A stretch of 64,000 bases of DNA from Polyangiaceae bacterium (GTDB lineage: Bacteria; Myxococcota_A; Polyangia; Polyangiales; Polyangiaceae): the NCBI GenBank assembly GCA_965222375.1, contig CBDCTZ010000015.1, positions 224,001 through 288,000 of the forward strand. Reading direction: 5' to 3'. Made by a program: the position numbers and the translations under genes. This document shows positions 19,861 through 29,928 of the stretch, piece after piece (the first letter of the stretch is position 1; each line of letters starts with the position of its first letter). The notes beneath the pieces are model-generated. The model saw only the letters and a program-made list of their open reading frames with translations, searched no databases and had not been told where the DNA came from.

Positions 19861-20589
19861 CTACCCACATGTTCCGCTTGGACCAGTACATTTCTTCTTG
19901 CAGCAAAGACTAATATTGCAGGGCGTGCTGCCTTGGCCGGACTCGTAGCAGCATTTTTCGGACAAGGCGTGGCACGTCGCCCCGCCACAGCAGTTTGGTG
20001 TTGTTGGGGAGCATGTGCTGCCAACGTTGGTACACGTCGCTCCGCCGCCGGTGCCGCCGCTGCTCGTGCCGCCGCTGCTCGTGCCGCCACTGCTCGTGCC
20101 GCCACTGCTCGTGCCGCCACTGCTCGTGCCGCCACTGCTCGTGCCACCACTGCTTGTGCCGCCCGTCGCCACGCCCCCAGTTCCGACACCACCCGTGCCG
20201 CCACTAGCCAGACCGCCCGTTCCACCGGTCACGCCGCCGGTACCACCGGTGGTCGCGGCACCAACGCCGCCCGTATTCGCACCGCCGCCGCCACCCGAGC
20301 CGCTGCTTCCGCCACCCGAGCCCGCAGCCACCCCACCGCTACCCGCAGCACCTGTTCCAGCTCCCGAGGAACCACCGCCGCCTCCGGCCCCGCCAGCGCC
20401 GCAACTGCACGGCCCCCAGATCTTGTCGTTCTGGCAGCTGCGAATACCAATGCAGCTAGCGGCGCCAACACATTGTTCCGTCTGCGGCGGCTCACATCTG
20501 ACTGTCTGCTCAGACGACGACTTGGAAGACGACGACGAACATGCCAGCGCCAGAGCCAACGTGGACAAGACAAGACTGCCAAAACGCAT
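19861..20589 (-). CDS. Lipoprotein: Cys-rich N domain, GGTSS repeat linker, Cys-rich C domain
   Basis: ALAC lipobox; CxPPxTEQCVGA..C.G.RSC...W..C.CGAGG shared with the neighbouring gene. Confidence 0.7.
   Translation of the reverse strand: MRFGSLVLSTLALALACSSSSSKSSSEQTVRCEPPQTEQCVGAASCIGIRSCQNDKIWGPCSCGAGGAGGGGGSSGAGTGAAGSGGVAAGSGGGSSGSGGGGGANTGGVGAATTGGTGGVTGGTGGLASGGTGGVGTGGVATGGTSSGGTSSGGTSSGGTSSGGTSSGGTSSGGTSSGGTGGGATCTNVGSTCSPTTPNCCGGATCHALSEKCCYESGQGSTPCNISLCCKKKCTGPSGTCG
20051..20163. repeat. 15-bp tandem repeat, about 7 copies (encodes GGTSS)
   Basis: Unit GTGCCGCCRCTGCTC is visible in the sequence. Confidence 0.9.
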
Positions 20590-20818
20590 TGTCCTTAGTA
20601 GTAGCGAAAAACTGAACTCTGGGCCACCTTCACAGGCCAGCGTTACCTCCGAGCTCCGCCGCCACCCGCTAATGAGAGCACGAAGCGACTCTTCTTGCGT
20701 CTTTCGTCTACGATATGGGCACCCAACGCCCGCGGCGCGCGCGAAAGGCCGCCCGCGCGGGCTGGCGCCCTGGCAACACCCCAGCGCGCGCCCCTCAGCC
20801 CCGCAAGATCAAACTAGT

Positions 20819-22231
20819 TCAAAACGCTTTGCACGTCGGAAAGAAGCTCAGCGCCAAACTGCTCGACTTGATGGTGCCGCAGGCGCGTTTGCAGATGCCG
20901 CTTGCGGTCTTGCCCTGGCAGCAGTTGTTGACCGCGTCGATGAAGGGCTGGGCGCCGGGGATGCCAGGGCCGCACTGGGCCGTGCCAAACGCCGTATCGA
21001 AGCAGGCGACCACAGCAGCGTCGCTGGCGTCCGCGACCGCGTCTGCTTCACACTGCGGGATGCAGTTGGTACAGCTAGTGTTGCCGGGCCCGCTAAAACC
21101 AAGTGCCGTAAGCTGAGGCCCGAGTGGCCCTGACACAGTAGCGTTTTCAGCCACGCAGTCGCCGATGAACTGACAATAGTTTTGACAGCCGCTTGTCGTG
21201 GATGGGCCACAAATCACACTGGTGCCCGTGGGCGGCGGAACCACATCGGTGCCGCAAGACACAGCGGGAGTCGGCGGCTGAGCCAGCTGCCAGGGGCTGG
21301 CGTCCGTTAGCCCTTTAGGATGCGCGAGCAAGAAGTCGACCATCCAATCGTTCGCCGGCGAGAGCCACGCGTGACCCACGTTGGCGCCCTTGCACCAAGC
21401 CTGTTCGACCTTGGGTGCACCTTCGTAGAACGCACTTGCGATCGCCGCTTGTTCGACGAAATTGAACGTGGGCAAATTGACGCCACTCGCGCTTCCGCTG
21501 TACGCGTCGTTGTCTCCGCCCCAAGTAACAAGCACGCTCAATGCGTCGAGTTCGGCCTTGGGGCTGGGCGACGTGGTGTCAAAAACCCCCGAAGCAACGA
21601 TGCCGCCCGCGAGTAGCTGGCTGCGGCGCTGCAAGATATGATTGGAGATGATGCCGCCGGCCGAGTGGCCAGCGACATAAATCCGATTCTGGTCGACCTC
21701 TTGATGGGCGGCCGTGCACGCAAGCAGCGCGTCCATCAAATCGAGGTCGGGATTCGGATCGTTCTCCGTACCCGGCACCCGGAGACCATCCCACACGGGC
21801 CAGATCGCTCCGTTGCCGTTGCTATCTGGCGCGATCACGATGAAGCCGCGGTTGACGAAACTGCCACCCTGAGCCCGATTGAAAATGATCTGGCCACTCT
21901 CCCCCGTGCCGTTGAACAGCACGAGCACTGGCCGCGGCCCGGAGAAGGTCGCCTCGGGCAGCGAGAGCCAAAAGCCACGGGATTGCCCAGCCGCGATGAA
22001 CGCACTGTGCTGACCGCTCTGCACCGGATTCTCGAACCCTGCGGGGCAGGCGTTGATGTCGCCCGCCAAACGCACCGCCGGCACGGCGTCGTAGTAGGGG
22101 TCGCCCGTGCTCGTTCCGCCCGTACCGGTCACCCCGCCGGTGCCGCCCGCGCCACCGCCTGGCCCACTGTTGTCGCTACTACTGCCGCAAGCCAGATTCA
22201 GACAGGCCGCGAAAGCACCCAGCAAGTACAT
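20819..22231 (-). CDS. Lipoprotein alpha/beta-hydrolase (PHB depolymerase/LpqC-like) with Cys-rich C-terminus
   Basis: NLAC lipobox; DQNRIYVAGHSAGG nucleophile elbow; WGGDND and GHAW; start may be GTG 22240. Confidence 0.7.
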   Translation of the reverse strand: MYLLGAFAACLNLACGSSSDNSGPGGGAGGTGGVTGTGGTSTGDPYYDAVPAVRLAGDINACPAGFENPVQSGQHSAFIAAGQSRGFWLSLPEATFSGPRPVLVLFNGTGESGQIIFNRAQGGSFVNRGFIVIAPDSNGNGAIWPVWDGLRVPGTENDPNPDLDLMDALLACTAAHQEVDQNRIYVAGHSAGGIISNHILQRRSQLLAGGIVASGVFDTTSPSPKAELDALSVLVTWGGDNDAYSGSASGVNLPTFNFVEQAAIASAFYEGAPKVEQAWCKGANVGHAWLSPANDWMVDFLLAHPKGLTDASPWQLAQPPTPAVSCGTDVVPPPTGTSVICGPSTTSGCQNYCQFIGDCVAENATVSGPLGPQLTALGFSGPGNTSCTNCIPQCEADAVADASDAAVVACFDTAFGTAQCGPGIPGAQPFIDAVNNCCQGKTASGICKRACGTIKSSSLALSFFPTCKAF

Positions 22232-22370
22232 CCGTCGCACGGGCCGCGCTCTAGCACGGTCTGGCGCCCGCAGCCGCCCTCGGGGACAGCTCGTTGACGG
22301 CCCGCGGGCACTGGCCCAACGTGCAGCGCTTCCCTTTTGGGTCAAAGTCCAATAAGCGTCTCGGTTCCGC

Positions 22371-23231
22371 ATGAAGATCGTCGACAAGCTCCGCAGCGAC
22401 AAGCCCGCGTTTTCTTTCGAATTTTTTCCGCCCAAGAACGAGGCCGGCAAAGATCGTCTGTTCGAAACCGTGAAGCATCTGGCGCCCTACGAGCCGACCT
22501 TCGTGAGCGTGACCTACGGCGCCGGGGGCAGCACCCGCAAGCTCACTCTGGAGCTGGTGACGCAGATCGAGCGCGCGGAAGGCCTCGACGCCATGGCGCA
22601 TCTGACCTGCGTGGGCGCGACCAAGGACGAGATCCGCGAGATCCTCGACGAGCTGGCTGCCTCCGGCGTCGAAAACGTGCTGGCGCTGCGCGGCGACCCA
22701 CCGAAGGGCCAGGAGCAATTCGTGGTCACCGAAGGGGGCTTCGCCCACGCTTCGGAGCTGGCCGCGTTCATGAAAGCGAATTGGACGTTCTGCATCGGCG
22801 GCGCCTGTTACCCGGAGGTCCACCCGGAGGCCACGGATCCGGAAACGGACATGAGGCACCTCAAAGCGAAGGTAGACGCGGGCGTCGAATTCCTCGTCAC
22901 CCAGTTGTTCTTCGACGAAAAGGACTACTTCGCGTTTGTGAAGCGGGCGCGAGACGGTGGCATCAGCTGCCCGATTTTGGCCGGCATCATGCCGATCACG
23001 AACCTGAACCAGGTCAAGCGCTTCACCAAGATGTGCGGCGCGAACATTCCAGCACCGTTGCTCGCAGACTTGGAGGCCACCGGCGGCGAAGCGGATGCCG
23101 TGAGCAAGATCGGTGTGGAGCACGCCACGGCGCAGTGTCGCGCGTTGCTCGACGGCGGCGCTCCTGGGATCCACTTCTATACGCTGAACCGCTCGCCCGC
23201 GACCGTTCGCATCATGGAAGCGTTGCGCTGA
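22371..23231 (+). CDS. metF: 5,10-methylenetetrahydrofolate reductase
   Basis: FSFEFFPPK, VSVTYGAGGS, AHLTC, LALRGDPP, TQLFFD, GIHFYTLN. Confidence 0.96.
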   Translation: MKIVDKLRSDKPAFSFEFFPPKNEAGKDRLFETVKHLAPYEPTFVSVTYGAGGSTRKLTLELVTQIERAEGLDAMAHLTCVGATKDEIREILDELAASGVENVLALRGDPPKGQEQFVVTEGGFAHASELAAFMKANWTFCIGGACYPEVHPEATDPETDMRHLKAKVDAGVEFLVTQLFFDEKDYFAFVKRARDGGISCPILAGIMPITNLNQVKRFTKMCGANIPAPLLADLEATGGEADAVSKIGVEHATAQCRALLDGGAPGIHFYTLNRSPATVRIMEALR

Positions 23232-23357
23232 GCCTGTGGGCTCGGGCCAACACACCGGCTGCGCTGACAGCGGGTTCCCGCAAATCCACCTCACAGAGGC
23301 GGGCCGGTCGCGAAAAGCTTTTGCTTTTCTGCGCCCATCCCGCGCAGACTACGCCCC

Positions 23358-24341
23358 ATGCAACAGGGGCAAATCGGGGGCAACGTCGGTCCGTTCACGG
23401 ATCCGGCCATGGGCGGTCAGGTCAGCGGAAAGCTCTATGGCACGTTCACCTATACCGCGGCGGGCGATGTCAGCGCGGCCTTGCCGCAGGTGCAAGCGCG
23501 GTTGTTGCAAACCATCAACAACCTCTTGGGCCAGAAGCTCGCCTCGCAGCAGGTCGCGGTACAGACAATGCCGGGCAGCCTGCCCTACTACACCCAAGAG
23601 ATCCTGTCGCAGTGCCAGACCCAAGATCTCGGGGTAACCGTTTCGGATCTGCAGCTCCAACTGCAACTGGACGCACCACCCCCTGGCGCAGCTCCACCCA
23701 TGGGCGCGATGCCGCCCACGCCGATGGAGTCCATGAAGAACGCCTTCGCCCAAGAGGCCGAAGAGCGCATGGACCCGAGCAACTACAACGTCAAAGCCAA
23801 GATCAAGGTGGGCGGGTTCAACATCAATGCCAGCACCGACGAGGGTTTGGACGCAGACGGCCTCGGCAAGCAAGCCGTCGACAAGGTGAAGTCCAACGTC
23901 ATCTGGTACGTCGGCGGTTGTCTCGTCGTTGGCCTGGTGCTCGCGCTCGTTGGCGGCATCATCTTGTGGGCCGTAGTCTTCTCGGACTCGGGCAGTACTG
24001 CCTCTGCGGGTGGTGGAAAAGCCGCCGCCTGGGACGGCAAGAGCACCTTCGTCTGCAAGGGCAACGACAAGGTCGCACTGAGCGGCGTCTCCGCAAGCCT
24101 CTCCAGCGGCAGCGCCATCAAGGCCAGCTCGAACTGTCGCCTGACGCTGACCAACGTGACCATCTCCGCCCCTGTGGGCATCGAGGCCAGCGGTAATGCT
24201 CGCGTCACGGTCGCCGGCGGCGCCATCACCGGCAGCGAGGCGGCGGCGAAGGCCAGCGGCCTCGCAAAGATCACCTTTTCGGGCACGACCGTGACCGGGA
24301 AGAAGGACGCCAAGAAGCCCGCGACCATCACCGGGCCCTAG
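23358..24341 (+). CDS. Single-pass membrane protein, SPFH-like N-terminus and repetitive beta-solenoid-like C-terminus
   Basis: PFTDP...GKLYGTF start; TM VGGCLVVGLVLALVGGIILWAVV; repeats IKASSN/IEASGN/AKASGL. Confidence 0.45.
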   Translation: MQQGQIGGNVGPFTDPAMGGQVSGKLYGTFTYTAAGDVSAALPQVQARLLQTINNLLGQKLASQQVAVQTMPGSLPYYTQEILSQCQTQDLGVTVSDLQLQLQLDAPPPGAAPPMGAMPPTPMESMKNAFAQEAEERMDPSNYNVKAKIKVGGFNINASTDEGLDADGLGKQAVDKVKSNVIWYVGGCLVVGLVLALVGGIILWAVVFSDSGSTASAGGGKAAAWDGKSTFVCKGNDKVALSGVSASLSSGSAIKASSNCRLTLTNVTISAPVGIEASGNARVTVAGGAITGSEAAAKASGLAKITFSGTTVTGKKDAKKPATITGP

Positions 24342-24504
24342 TCCGCCACAAGACCCAGCCGCACCAGCCTCTGATCGTTGTTGGTTTTGGGGTCGCGGCT
24401 TTTTGCGGCACTGGGCCGCTACTCTCGCCTCGGGCCAATGCGTGGCGGGTGAAACAACCGGGCGAGCTGAAATCCCTGTTCCGGGAACGTGCTAGTCTTC
24501 CCTC

Positions 24505-25413
24505 ATGCGCGTGGCGGGTCATTGGTTTGCGATCGCCCTATGGCTCGCAGCATGCTCGACTCCGAAGTTCGAGACCGAAGACCACGAAGGCGACGCAAGC
24601 GCAGGCAGCGGCGGCGTGGCCGCGGCGGGCGGTAGTGGAGGCGCTGTGGGCGGCGCGGGCGGCGGCGGCATGGTGGGCAGTCAGCTCGAAGCGGGCCTCG
24701 GGGGCAGCGGCGGCCTGCTCGATTCAGGGCCCGGCGGCAGCGGTGGCTCCGCACTGAGCACCGGGCTCGACTCCGGTGCGGACGCAAACTGCACATTGGG
24801 TCTTCCTGTGACCACACCATGGCGCAGCCCGACCGTTACAGACAACGCCGGCAACGGTGGCCCGTGGAACATTCCGGCCAACGCGCAGGCGCACGACAAC
24901 AACGACACCTGGGCAGCGGTCGCCCCCGGCTCCATGACGACGAAACGCCTCCGCGCGCGTGGGTTCGACCTCAAGATCCCCGACGGCTCAGTCATTGAAG
25001 GCGTAGCAGCGAAGTTCCGTCGAGAGGCGCAGGGGTTCAGCGTGAGAGACTTTTCGGTCCACCTGCTCAAGGGCGGAGTGGTAGCAGGCGACAACAAGGC
25101 CAACACAAGCAAAAATTGGGACGACGTCTACTTGAGCCCGACCTATGGCGGGGCCAATGACCTCTGGGGCGAGACCTGGTCAGTCAAAGACGTCAACGCG
25201 ACCAGCTTTGGTGTAGCGATAGCCGCACAGTGCGGGGTGAACTGCACTTCGGATCAGGCCCGGATCGATCATGTCCAAGTGCGAGTCACGTATCGCGCGT
25301 GCAAGCCATCCACGAGCCGGTCAGCCAACGCAGTGCGCAACGCGGGCACCGCGCCGACTGTCGATGACGCCGAGGTCCGACACATACCCCCCAAAAACCA
25401 ACCGACTACCTGA
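24505..25413 (+). CDS. Lipoprotein, Gly-rich linker + beta-sandwich domain of unknown function
   Basis: LAAC lipobox; GFDLKIPDGSVIEG, TYGGANDLWG, ARIDHVQVRVTY. Confidence 0.6.
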   Translation: MRVAGHWFAIALWLAACSTPKFETEDHEGDASAGSGGVAAAGGSGGAVGGAGGGGMVGSQLEAGLGGSGGLLDSGPGGSGGSALSTGLDSGADANCTLGLPVTTPWRSPTVTDNAGNGGPWNIPANAQAHDNNDTWAAVAPGSMTTKRLRARGFDLKIPDGSVIEGVAAKFRREAQGFSVRDFSVHLLKGGVVAGDNKANTSKNWDDVYLSPTYGGANDLWGETWSVKDVNATSFGVAIAAQCGVNCTSDQARIDHVQVRVTYRACKPSTSRSANAVRNAGTAPTVDDAEVRHIPPKNQPTT

Positions 25414-25482
25414 GGGGCTGCGACCCACTCCAGCTTTCCATGGCGAGTCGGTACTCTCCCCGTACCGGCCAACACACCGCAC

Positions 25483-27003
25483 TCACACCAAGCGTTCAGC
25501 CAGGAGCTTCGCCAACTCGGGCTTCTTCACCTTGCCCACGGGGTTGCGCGGGAAGTCATCCAGCACGACGACGCGCTTGGGCACCTTGTACGCGGCAATG
25601 CGTTCTTTGCAGAAGTTGCGCACGGCGTCTTCGCCTAAGTCGGACTCGGCGCCGGGCTCGGCCAAGAGGGCCGCCACCGCAATCTCGCCCCAGGTCTCAT
25701 CCTCCAGGCCCACGACTGCCACGTCGCGCACAGCCCGATGCTCCCGGAGTACTTCCTCGATTTCCAGGGCGCTGAGCTTGTAGCCACCGCTCTTCAGGAT
25801 GTCGACGCTGGTGCGACCCAGGATCTTGATGTAGCCCGCGTCTAGGTAGGTCGCGGTGTCGCCACTCTTGAACCAGCCGTCCTCAAACGCGCTCTGGGTC
25901 GCTTCGGGATTCTCGTCGTAGCCCAAGAACACGCTTGGACCTTGGATCCAGATCTCACCGGGCTCGCCAGGTGCGACATCCTTGCCGTCCTCACTCACGA
26001 TGCGGATCTGCATGCCCGGCAGTGTCTGCCCACAACTCCCGGGCACCCGAGGACCAGCGATGGGATTGCTGCTACCGACTCCGATCTCGGTCATTCCGAA
26101 GCGCTCGAGGGGATAGTTCCCGGTCAGCTCCCGAATGCGGTCGCCCACGGTGACCGGCAACGCGGCCGAGCCGCTGGTCACCAAACGCAGTCCCGCAGCG
26201 TGGGTACGGAAGCGGGCTTGCTCCGATTCGTCTTCGGCGTCGAAGGCGTCGAGCAGCTTCTTGTGCATCGTTGGCACGCCCATCAGCACGCTGGAGTGCC
26301 GCATCTCTTCCCACATCCGCAACGCGTCGAACTTCTGAAGCATGCGCGTCGTGCTACCGGCTAGCAGGGACACGAACAGCGCGATGCCGAGACCATGCAG
26401 GTGGTGCAATGGCAGGCAGTGCAAGAGCACGTCGTCTTCGGTCCACTCCCAGGCAGAAGCCACCATGGACGCCAGGGTCGCAAGGTTGTCGTGGCTAATC
26501 AGCGCACCCTTGGGTTTGCCGGTGGTGCCACTGGTGTAGAGGATGACCGCCACATCGCTCCCGCTCGCGGCGGCTGGAGCTGCGGGAGGGTTCGAGCGCA
26601 CCGACTCGATTTCGATCACGGGCAGCGCCCAGATCTCCTTCATGTGGTCGACGTGCTCCGAACTCGCCAAGGCCACAGCGGCGCGCGAAGCTTCTACGAA
26701 CCAGCGCTGCTCGGGCAGGGGGTGCAGGTGACTCAGGGGAACCGCGACGCAATCCGCGAGCACGCAGCCGAAGAAGCCCTCGAGCCATGGCGAGCCTTGG
26801 CGGGAGAGTAGGGCGACGCGCTTGCCACGAAGTCGCCGGCGGGTGAGTTCCGCAGCGACACTTTCGGCACGACGCAGCAGCTCGGAAAAGGCGACGGTTT
26901 CATGGTCATCGACCACCGCGGCGTGATTGCCGCGCCGCGTCGCAATGTCGCGAAACTGCCCACAGAGCAAGCTGGCGGTCATGAGCGGCCAGGGTCGTGA
27001 CAT
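25483..27003 (-). CDS. Acyl-CoA synthetase (malonyl-CoA synthetase MatB/ACSF3-like)
   Basis: YTSGTTGKPKG, LPLHHLHG, ERFGMTEIG, GWFKSGD, DILKSGGYKLSALEIE. Confidence 0.85.
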   Translation of the reverse strand: MSRPWPLMTASLLCGQFRDIATRRGNHAAVVDDHETVAFSELLRRAESVAAELTRRRLRGKRVALLSRQGSPWLEGFFGCVLADCVAVPLSHLHPLPEQRWFVEASRAAVALASSEHVDHMKEIWALPVIEIESVRSNPPAAPAAASGSDVAVILYTSGTTGKPKGALISHDNLATLASMVASAWEWTEDDVLLHCLPLHHLHGLGIALFVSLLAGSTTRMLQKFDALRMWEEMRHSSVLMGVPTMHKKLLDAFDAEDESEQARFRTHAAGLRLVTSGSAALPVTVGDRIRELTGNYPLERFGMTEIGVGSSNPIAGPRVPGSCGQTLPGMQIRIVSEDGKDVAPGEPGEIWIQGPSVFLGYDENPEATQSAFEDGWFKSGDTATYLDAGYIKILGRTSVDILKSGGYKLSALEIEEVLREHRAVRDVAVVGLEDETWGEIAVAALLAEPGAESDLGEDAVRNFCKERIAAYKVPKRVVVLDDFPRNPVGKVKKPELAKLLAERLV

Positions 27004-27103
27004 GCCAATGCCGCAGCGCGCAAGAACAAATCTACGGGCTGCAGTCGCCGGCTGGCAGAAGGCTGAGTTTCGCGCCCCCGCCCACGCACGCTATGCTGCG
27101 GAC

Positions 27104-27565
27104 ATGCCCGACCCCAGTGGTGACCGTGTAGCCCGAGGCGTGCTCGTGTTGTGCGGGCTGGCGTTCCTCGCGATTGGCATCGCCTTCCTCATGACGCCGG
27201 AAAGCATGGCGGCGCATATCGGGATCACCCTGGAGGCGATCAGTGCCAAGAGTGACATTCGCGCGGTCTATGGCGGGCTCGATACGGGCTTGGGTGTGTT
27301 CTTTTTGGCGTGCGCCGGGCGGCGAAGCTGGGTCGGTCCCGGATTGTTCGCAGCAATGCTTTGCTTCATCGGTTTGGTTGCCGGTCGGATCACCTCGCTG
27401 ACCATGGATGGCGCGCCCGGCGCCATGGTCTTTCTGCTCTTCGGAAGCGAGCTGCTGGGTGCCGTGGGAAGCGCGTGGGGTCTGTTCAGCCTGCGACCCA
27501 AGCGCGCCAAAGAAGACGAAGAGCCCGCAGGCGAAGGTCCGTCGGTCCTCGAAGCCCTGAAGTAG
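27104..27565 (+). CDS. DUF4345-like small membrane protein
   Basis: Four hydrophobic helices; DIRAVYGG and GRITSL motifs. Confidence 0.65.
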   Translation: MPDPSGDRVARGVLVLCGLAFLAIGIAFLMTPESMAAHIGITLEAISAKSDIRAVYGGLDTGLGVFFLACAGRRSWVGPGLFAAMLCFIGLVAGRITSLTMDGAPGAMVFLLFGSELLGAVGSAWGLFSLRPKRAKEDEEPAGEGPSVLEALK

Positions 27566-27696
27566 TCGGCAACCCGCCGGCCTGTTCAAGCTCGCCAAGT
27601 GAGTCGCGCCCGGTTCTCGCGACACACTGCAGCATCGCGCCAAACGAGTTGCGGGCTGGGTCTTGCCGCCGCACTGCCGCGCCAGCTGGGTCGGTG

Positions 27697-28635
27697 CTAC
27701 TTCGAGGGGCGCGAGCTGCGAGATCGATGCGCCTTGCGCGGTGGTCGTGGCACGCCGAGCTGGCGGTCGTGCCAGAGCAGCATGTCGAGCGTCCCCACTT
27801 CTCGTAGCCAGGGCTGATTGTGAGGACCGGGCAACACGGAAAGCGTATTTGGCACGTCCAACTTGGTCAGCTCGGCGCTGAGCGCCTTGTTCGCCTTGCG
27901 GTAGGGATCCGCACTACTGGTGCCGAAACGCAAGGCACGTGGCCCGACCCGGCGAACCGCTTCAGCCAACTTGCGCGCATAGGCAATGCCAGCGGGCGCG
28001 CCGAACGCCGACTGTACACCACCAAAGGTCCCGAACAGCTCGGGGCGACGCAGGAACACTTCGATTCCGACGTAACCGCCCAAGGAGCAGCCATCGAGGC
28101 CGACGAACTCGGGGCCGGTTCCAATGTTGGCTTTTTCCCGAGCCGCTGGCAGCAGCGTCTTTTCGATCCAATCCGTGTAGCGATCTAGGGTCTTGGCGGC
28201 GGGCTGCAGCTTGTAGGGATTCGGTGTGACCGGACAGAGCAGTGCCAAGCCGCCAAAGGCCTTGTTCTTCAAGCTAGAGTTGACCTGCTGCAAGTGCTCG
28301 TCGGTGAAGTAGCGCTGCCGCTCGAGGATCCGCGCGACGGGTGCTTCTCGAAGGCGGTCATAGCTCTTGACCAGTCCGTAGCGATCGCCCCAGGCGTGAA
28401 TGCCGAGCATCTCGTTGCCCGTTTCGCCCAGCCCGTGAAGCAAGACGAGCACCCGTAGCTTTTGCTTCGCCGGCAAGTGCTTGGGCACCAAGAGCAAGGT
28501 GCGCCGCGCCAGGCGCTTGCTGCCGTCCAGGATCAGATCGTGCTGGACCAGGTGCTTGCTTTCCGGCGTTGCCCCCAGCCCCGGACGCGCCCACGCCAGC
28601 GCGCTGGTTGCAGCAATGAACTCCCGGCGCTTCAC
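27697..28635 (-). CDS. Tat-exported alpha/beta-hydrolase (esterase)
   Basis: KRREF twin-Arg signal; LHGLGE, GCSLGG, PGPH. Confidence 0.7.
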   Translation of the reverse strand: MKRREFIAATSALAWARPGLGATPESKHLVQHDLILDGSKRLARRTLLLVPKHLPAKQKLRVLVLLHGLGETGNEMLGIHAWGDRYGLVKSYDRLREAPVARILERQRYFTDEHLQQVNSSLKNKAFGGLALLCPVTPNPYKLQPAAKTLDRYTDWIEKTLLPAAREKANIGTGPEFVGLDGCSLGGYVGIEVFLRRPELFGTFGGVQSAFGAPAGIAYARKLAEAVRRVGPRALRFGTSSADPYRKANKALSAELTKLDVPNTLSVLPGPHNQPWLREVGTLDMLLWHDRQLGVPRPPRKAHRSRSSRPSK

Positions 28636-28741
28636 TCGACTGCTGTAGCACAGCCCCCCGGCTGTCAGCACGTCCGCCGGAGCCTGGGCGCGTTTGTCCA
28701 GGGCCTGGCGGTCACGACTCGGGCCTAGTATCTATCGCCCA

Positions 28742-29845
28742 ATGCGCGGCGCGTGCTGGCTGAGCCTGATCCTGCTGGTACTAGCGGGCGCGTTGCTGTC
28801 TGCCCCGGCGCAGGGCCATCAGCGCGGTCGCAGCTACTGCAGCGTGCGCACAGTGCCGGGTGGCGTAGACGTCACCGTGGAGAGCCCGGGCAAGCATCTG
28901 GTGCCCATTCTCGGGCTGTCGGAAAAGGACCCCTCCGACGCGGTGCTGCTCGACGCCAAGACACGGCTGATGCAGCAGATCGAAGACCGGGTGCAGCCTC
29001 GAACTCCGGCGGGCCCGTGCCGGTTTCGTGCCGGCGCGCTGGAGATTGTGGACTTGAGCGGCGAGCGGGGTACCAGTGCCACCGCGCACTTCGATTGCGA
29101 CGAGGGGCCGGTGACTCTGCGCAATACCTTTGGCTTGGATGTCGATCCAGCGAGCGAAGTCGTCTGCGCCATCGATGGCTCTGCTTGGGTGTTCCGCATC
29201 GGGTTGGAGGAGCGCGAGATTGGGACTCCCCCGACGATGCGCGCCATGTTCGCCAGCTTTGTTCACTCCGGCGCGATTCACGTACTCGGCGGAATCGACC
29301 ATGTGCTGTTCGTAATCGCGCTACTGATCGCCGCGGCGAGAGCGACAGGCACAGAGCAATTCAAGACCGGGATCAAACGCACCACGTTGATCGTCACGGG
29401 CTTCACTCTGGGCCATTCCGTGACCCTGATCGCCGCCGGCATCGGCTGGGTGCACGTGGATTCGCGTCTCACGGAGAGCTTGATCGCTCTGAGCATCGTC
29501 GTGGTTGGCGTGGAGAACATGCTGCGCAAGAAGCCTCGCATGCGAATGCTCACCGCCACGGTCTTCGGCTTGATCCACGGCTTCGGCTTCGCAAGCGTTT
29601 TGGCCGAGACAGCCCTGCCCTCTCGCGGTCAGGTGGGTGCGCTGTTGTGCTTCAACGTGGGCATCGAACTAGCGCAGGTGGGGATCGTGCTCATCGTCTT
29701 TCCGATGCTCTGGCGCGCGGCGAAGCGTGGTTGGTACGAGCGCGTGCTGGCGCGACCCTTGAGCCTCAGCGTGGCGGCGCTGGCTGCCATTTGGTTCGTG
29801 AAGCGCGCCTTTGACTTGGACTTCTGGCCCTGGCTGGGTGGCTAG
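28742..29845 (+). CDS. HupE/UreJ-family membrane protein with N-terminal periplasmic domain
   Basis: GAIHVLGGIDHVLF, FTLGHSVTL, FGLIHGFGFA, FNVGIELAQ. Confidence 0.88.
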   Translation: MRGACWLSLILLVLAGALLSAPAQGHQRGRSYCSVRTVPGGVDVTVESPGKHLVPILGLSEKDPSDAVLLDAKTRLMQQIEDRVQPRTPAGPCRFRAGALEIVDLSGERGTSATAHFDCDEGPVTLRNTFGLDVDPASEVVCAIDGSAWVFRIGLEEREIGTPPTMRAMFASFVHSGAIHVLGGIDHVLFVIALLIAAARATGTEQFKTGIKRTTLIVTGFTLGHSVTLIAAGIGWVHVDSRLTESLIALSIVVVGVENMLRKKPRMRMLTATVFGLIHGFGFASVLAETALPSRGQVGALLCFNVGIELAQVGIVLIVFPMLWRAAKRGWYERVLARPLSLSVAALAAIWFVKRAFDLDFWPWLGG

Positions 29846-29928
29846 ACCTCCCGTTGCCGAGCCCGCGCGGGGCTCATTCGCGCTCCCAGCAATGAAGGGT
29901 GCCGCAGTAGATGTTTGCATGCGCAGGC

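Noticed and set aside
19146..21133. Plus-strand Pro-rich ORFs (PPVATPPL, VPPLL repeats)
   Set aside because: Antisense reading of the Gly-rich lipoprotein linkers, which have proper signal peptides on the minus strand.
22232..22370. SAM/SAH riboswitch upstream of metF
   Set aside because: No recognisable consensus on the sense strand; an Rfam scan would be decisive.
22337..24196. 619-aa ORF, and similar long Arg-rich overlapping ORFs such as 10931-12256 and 3415-4362
   Set aside because: Shadow frames of well-supported genes.
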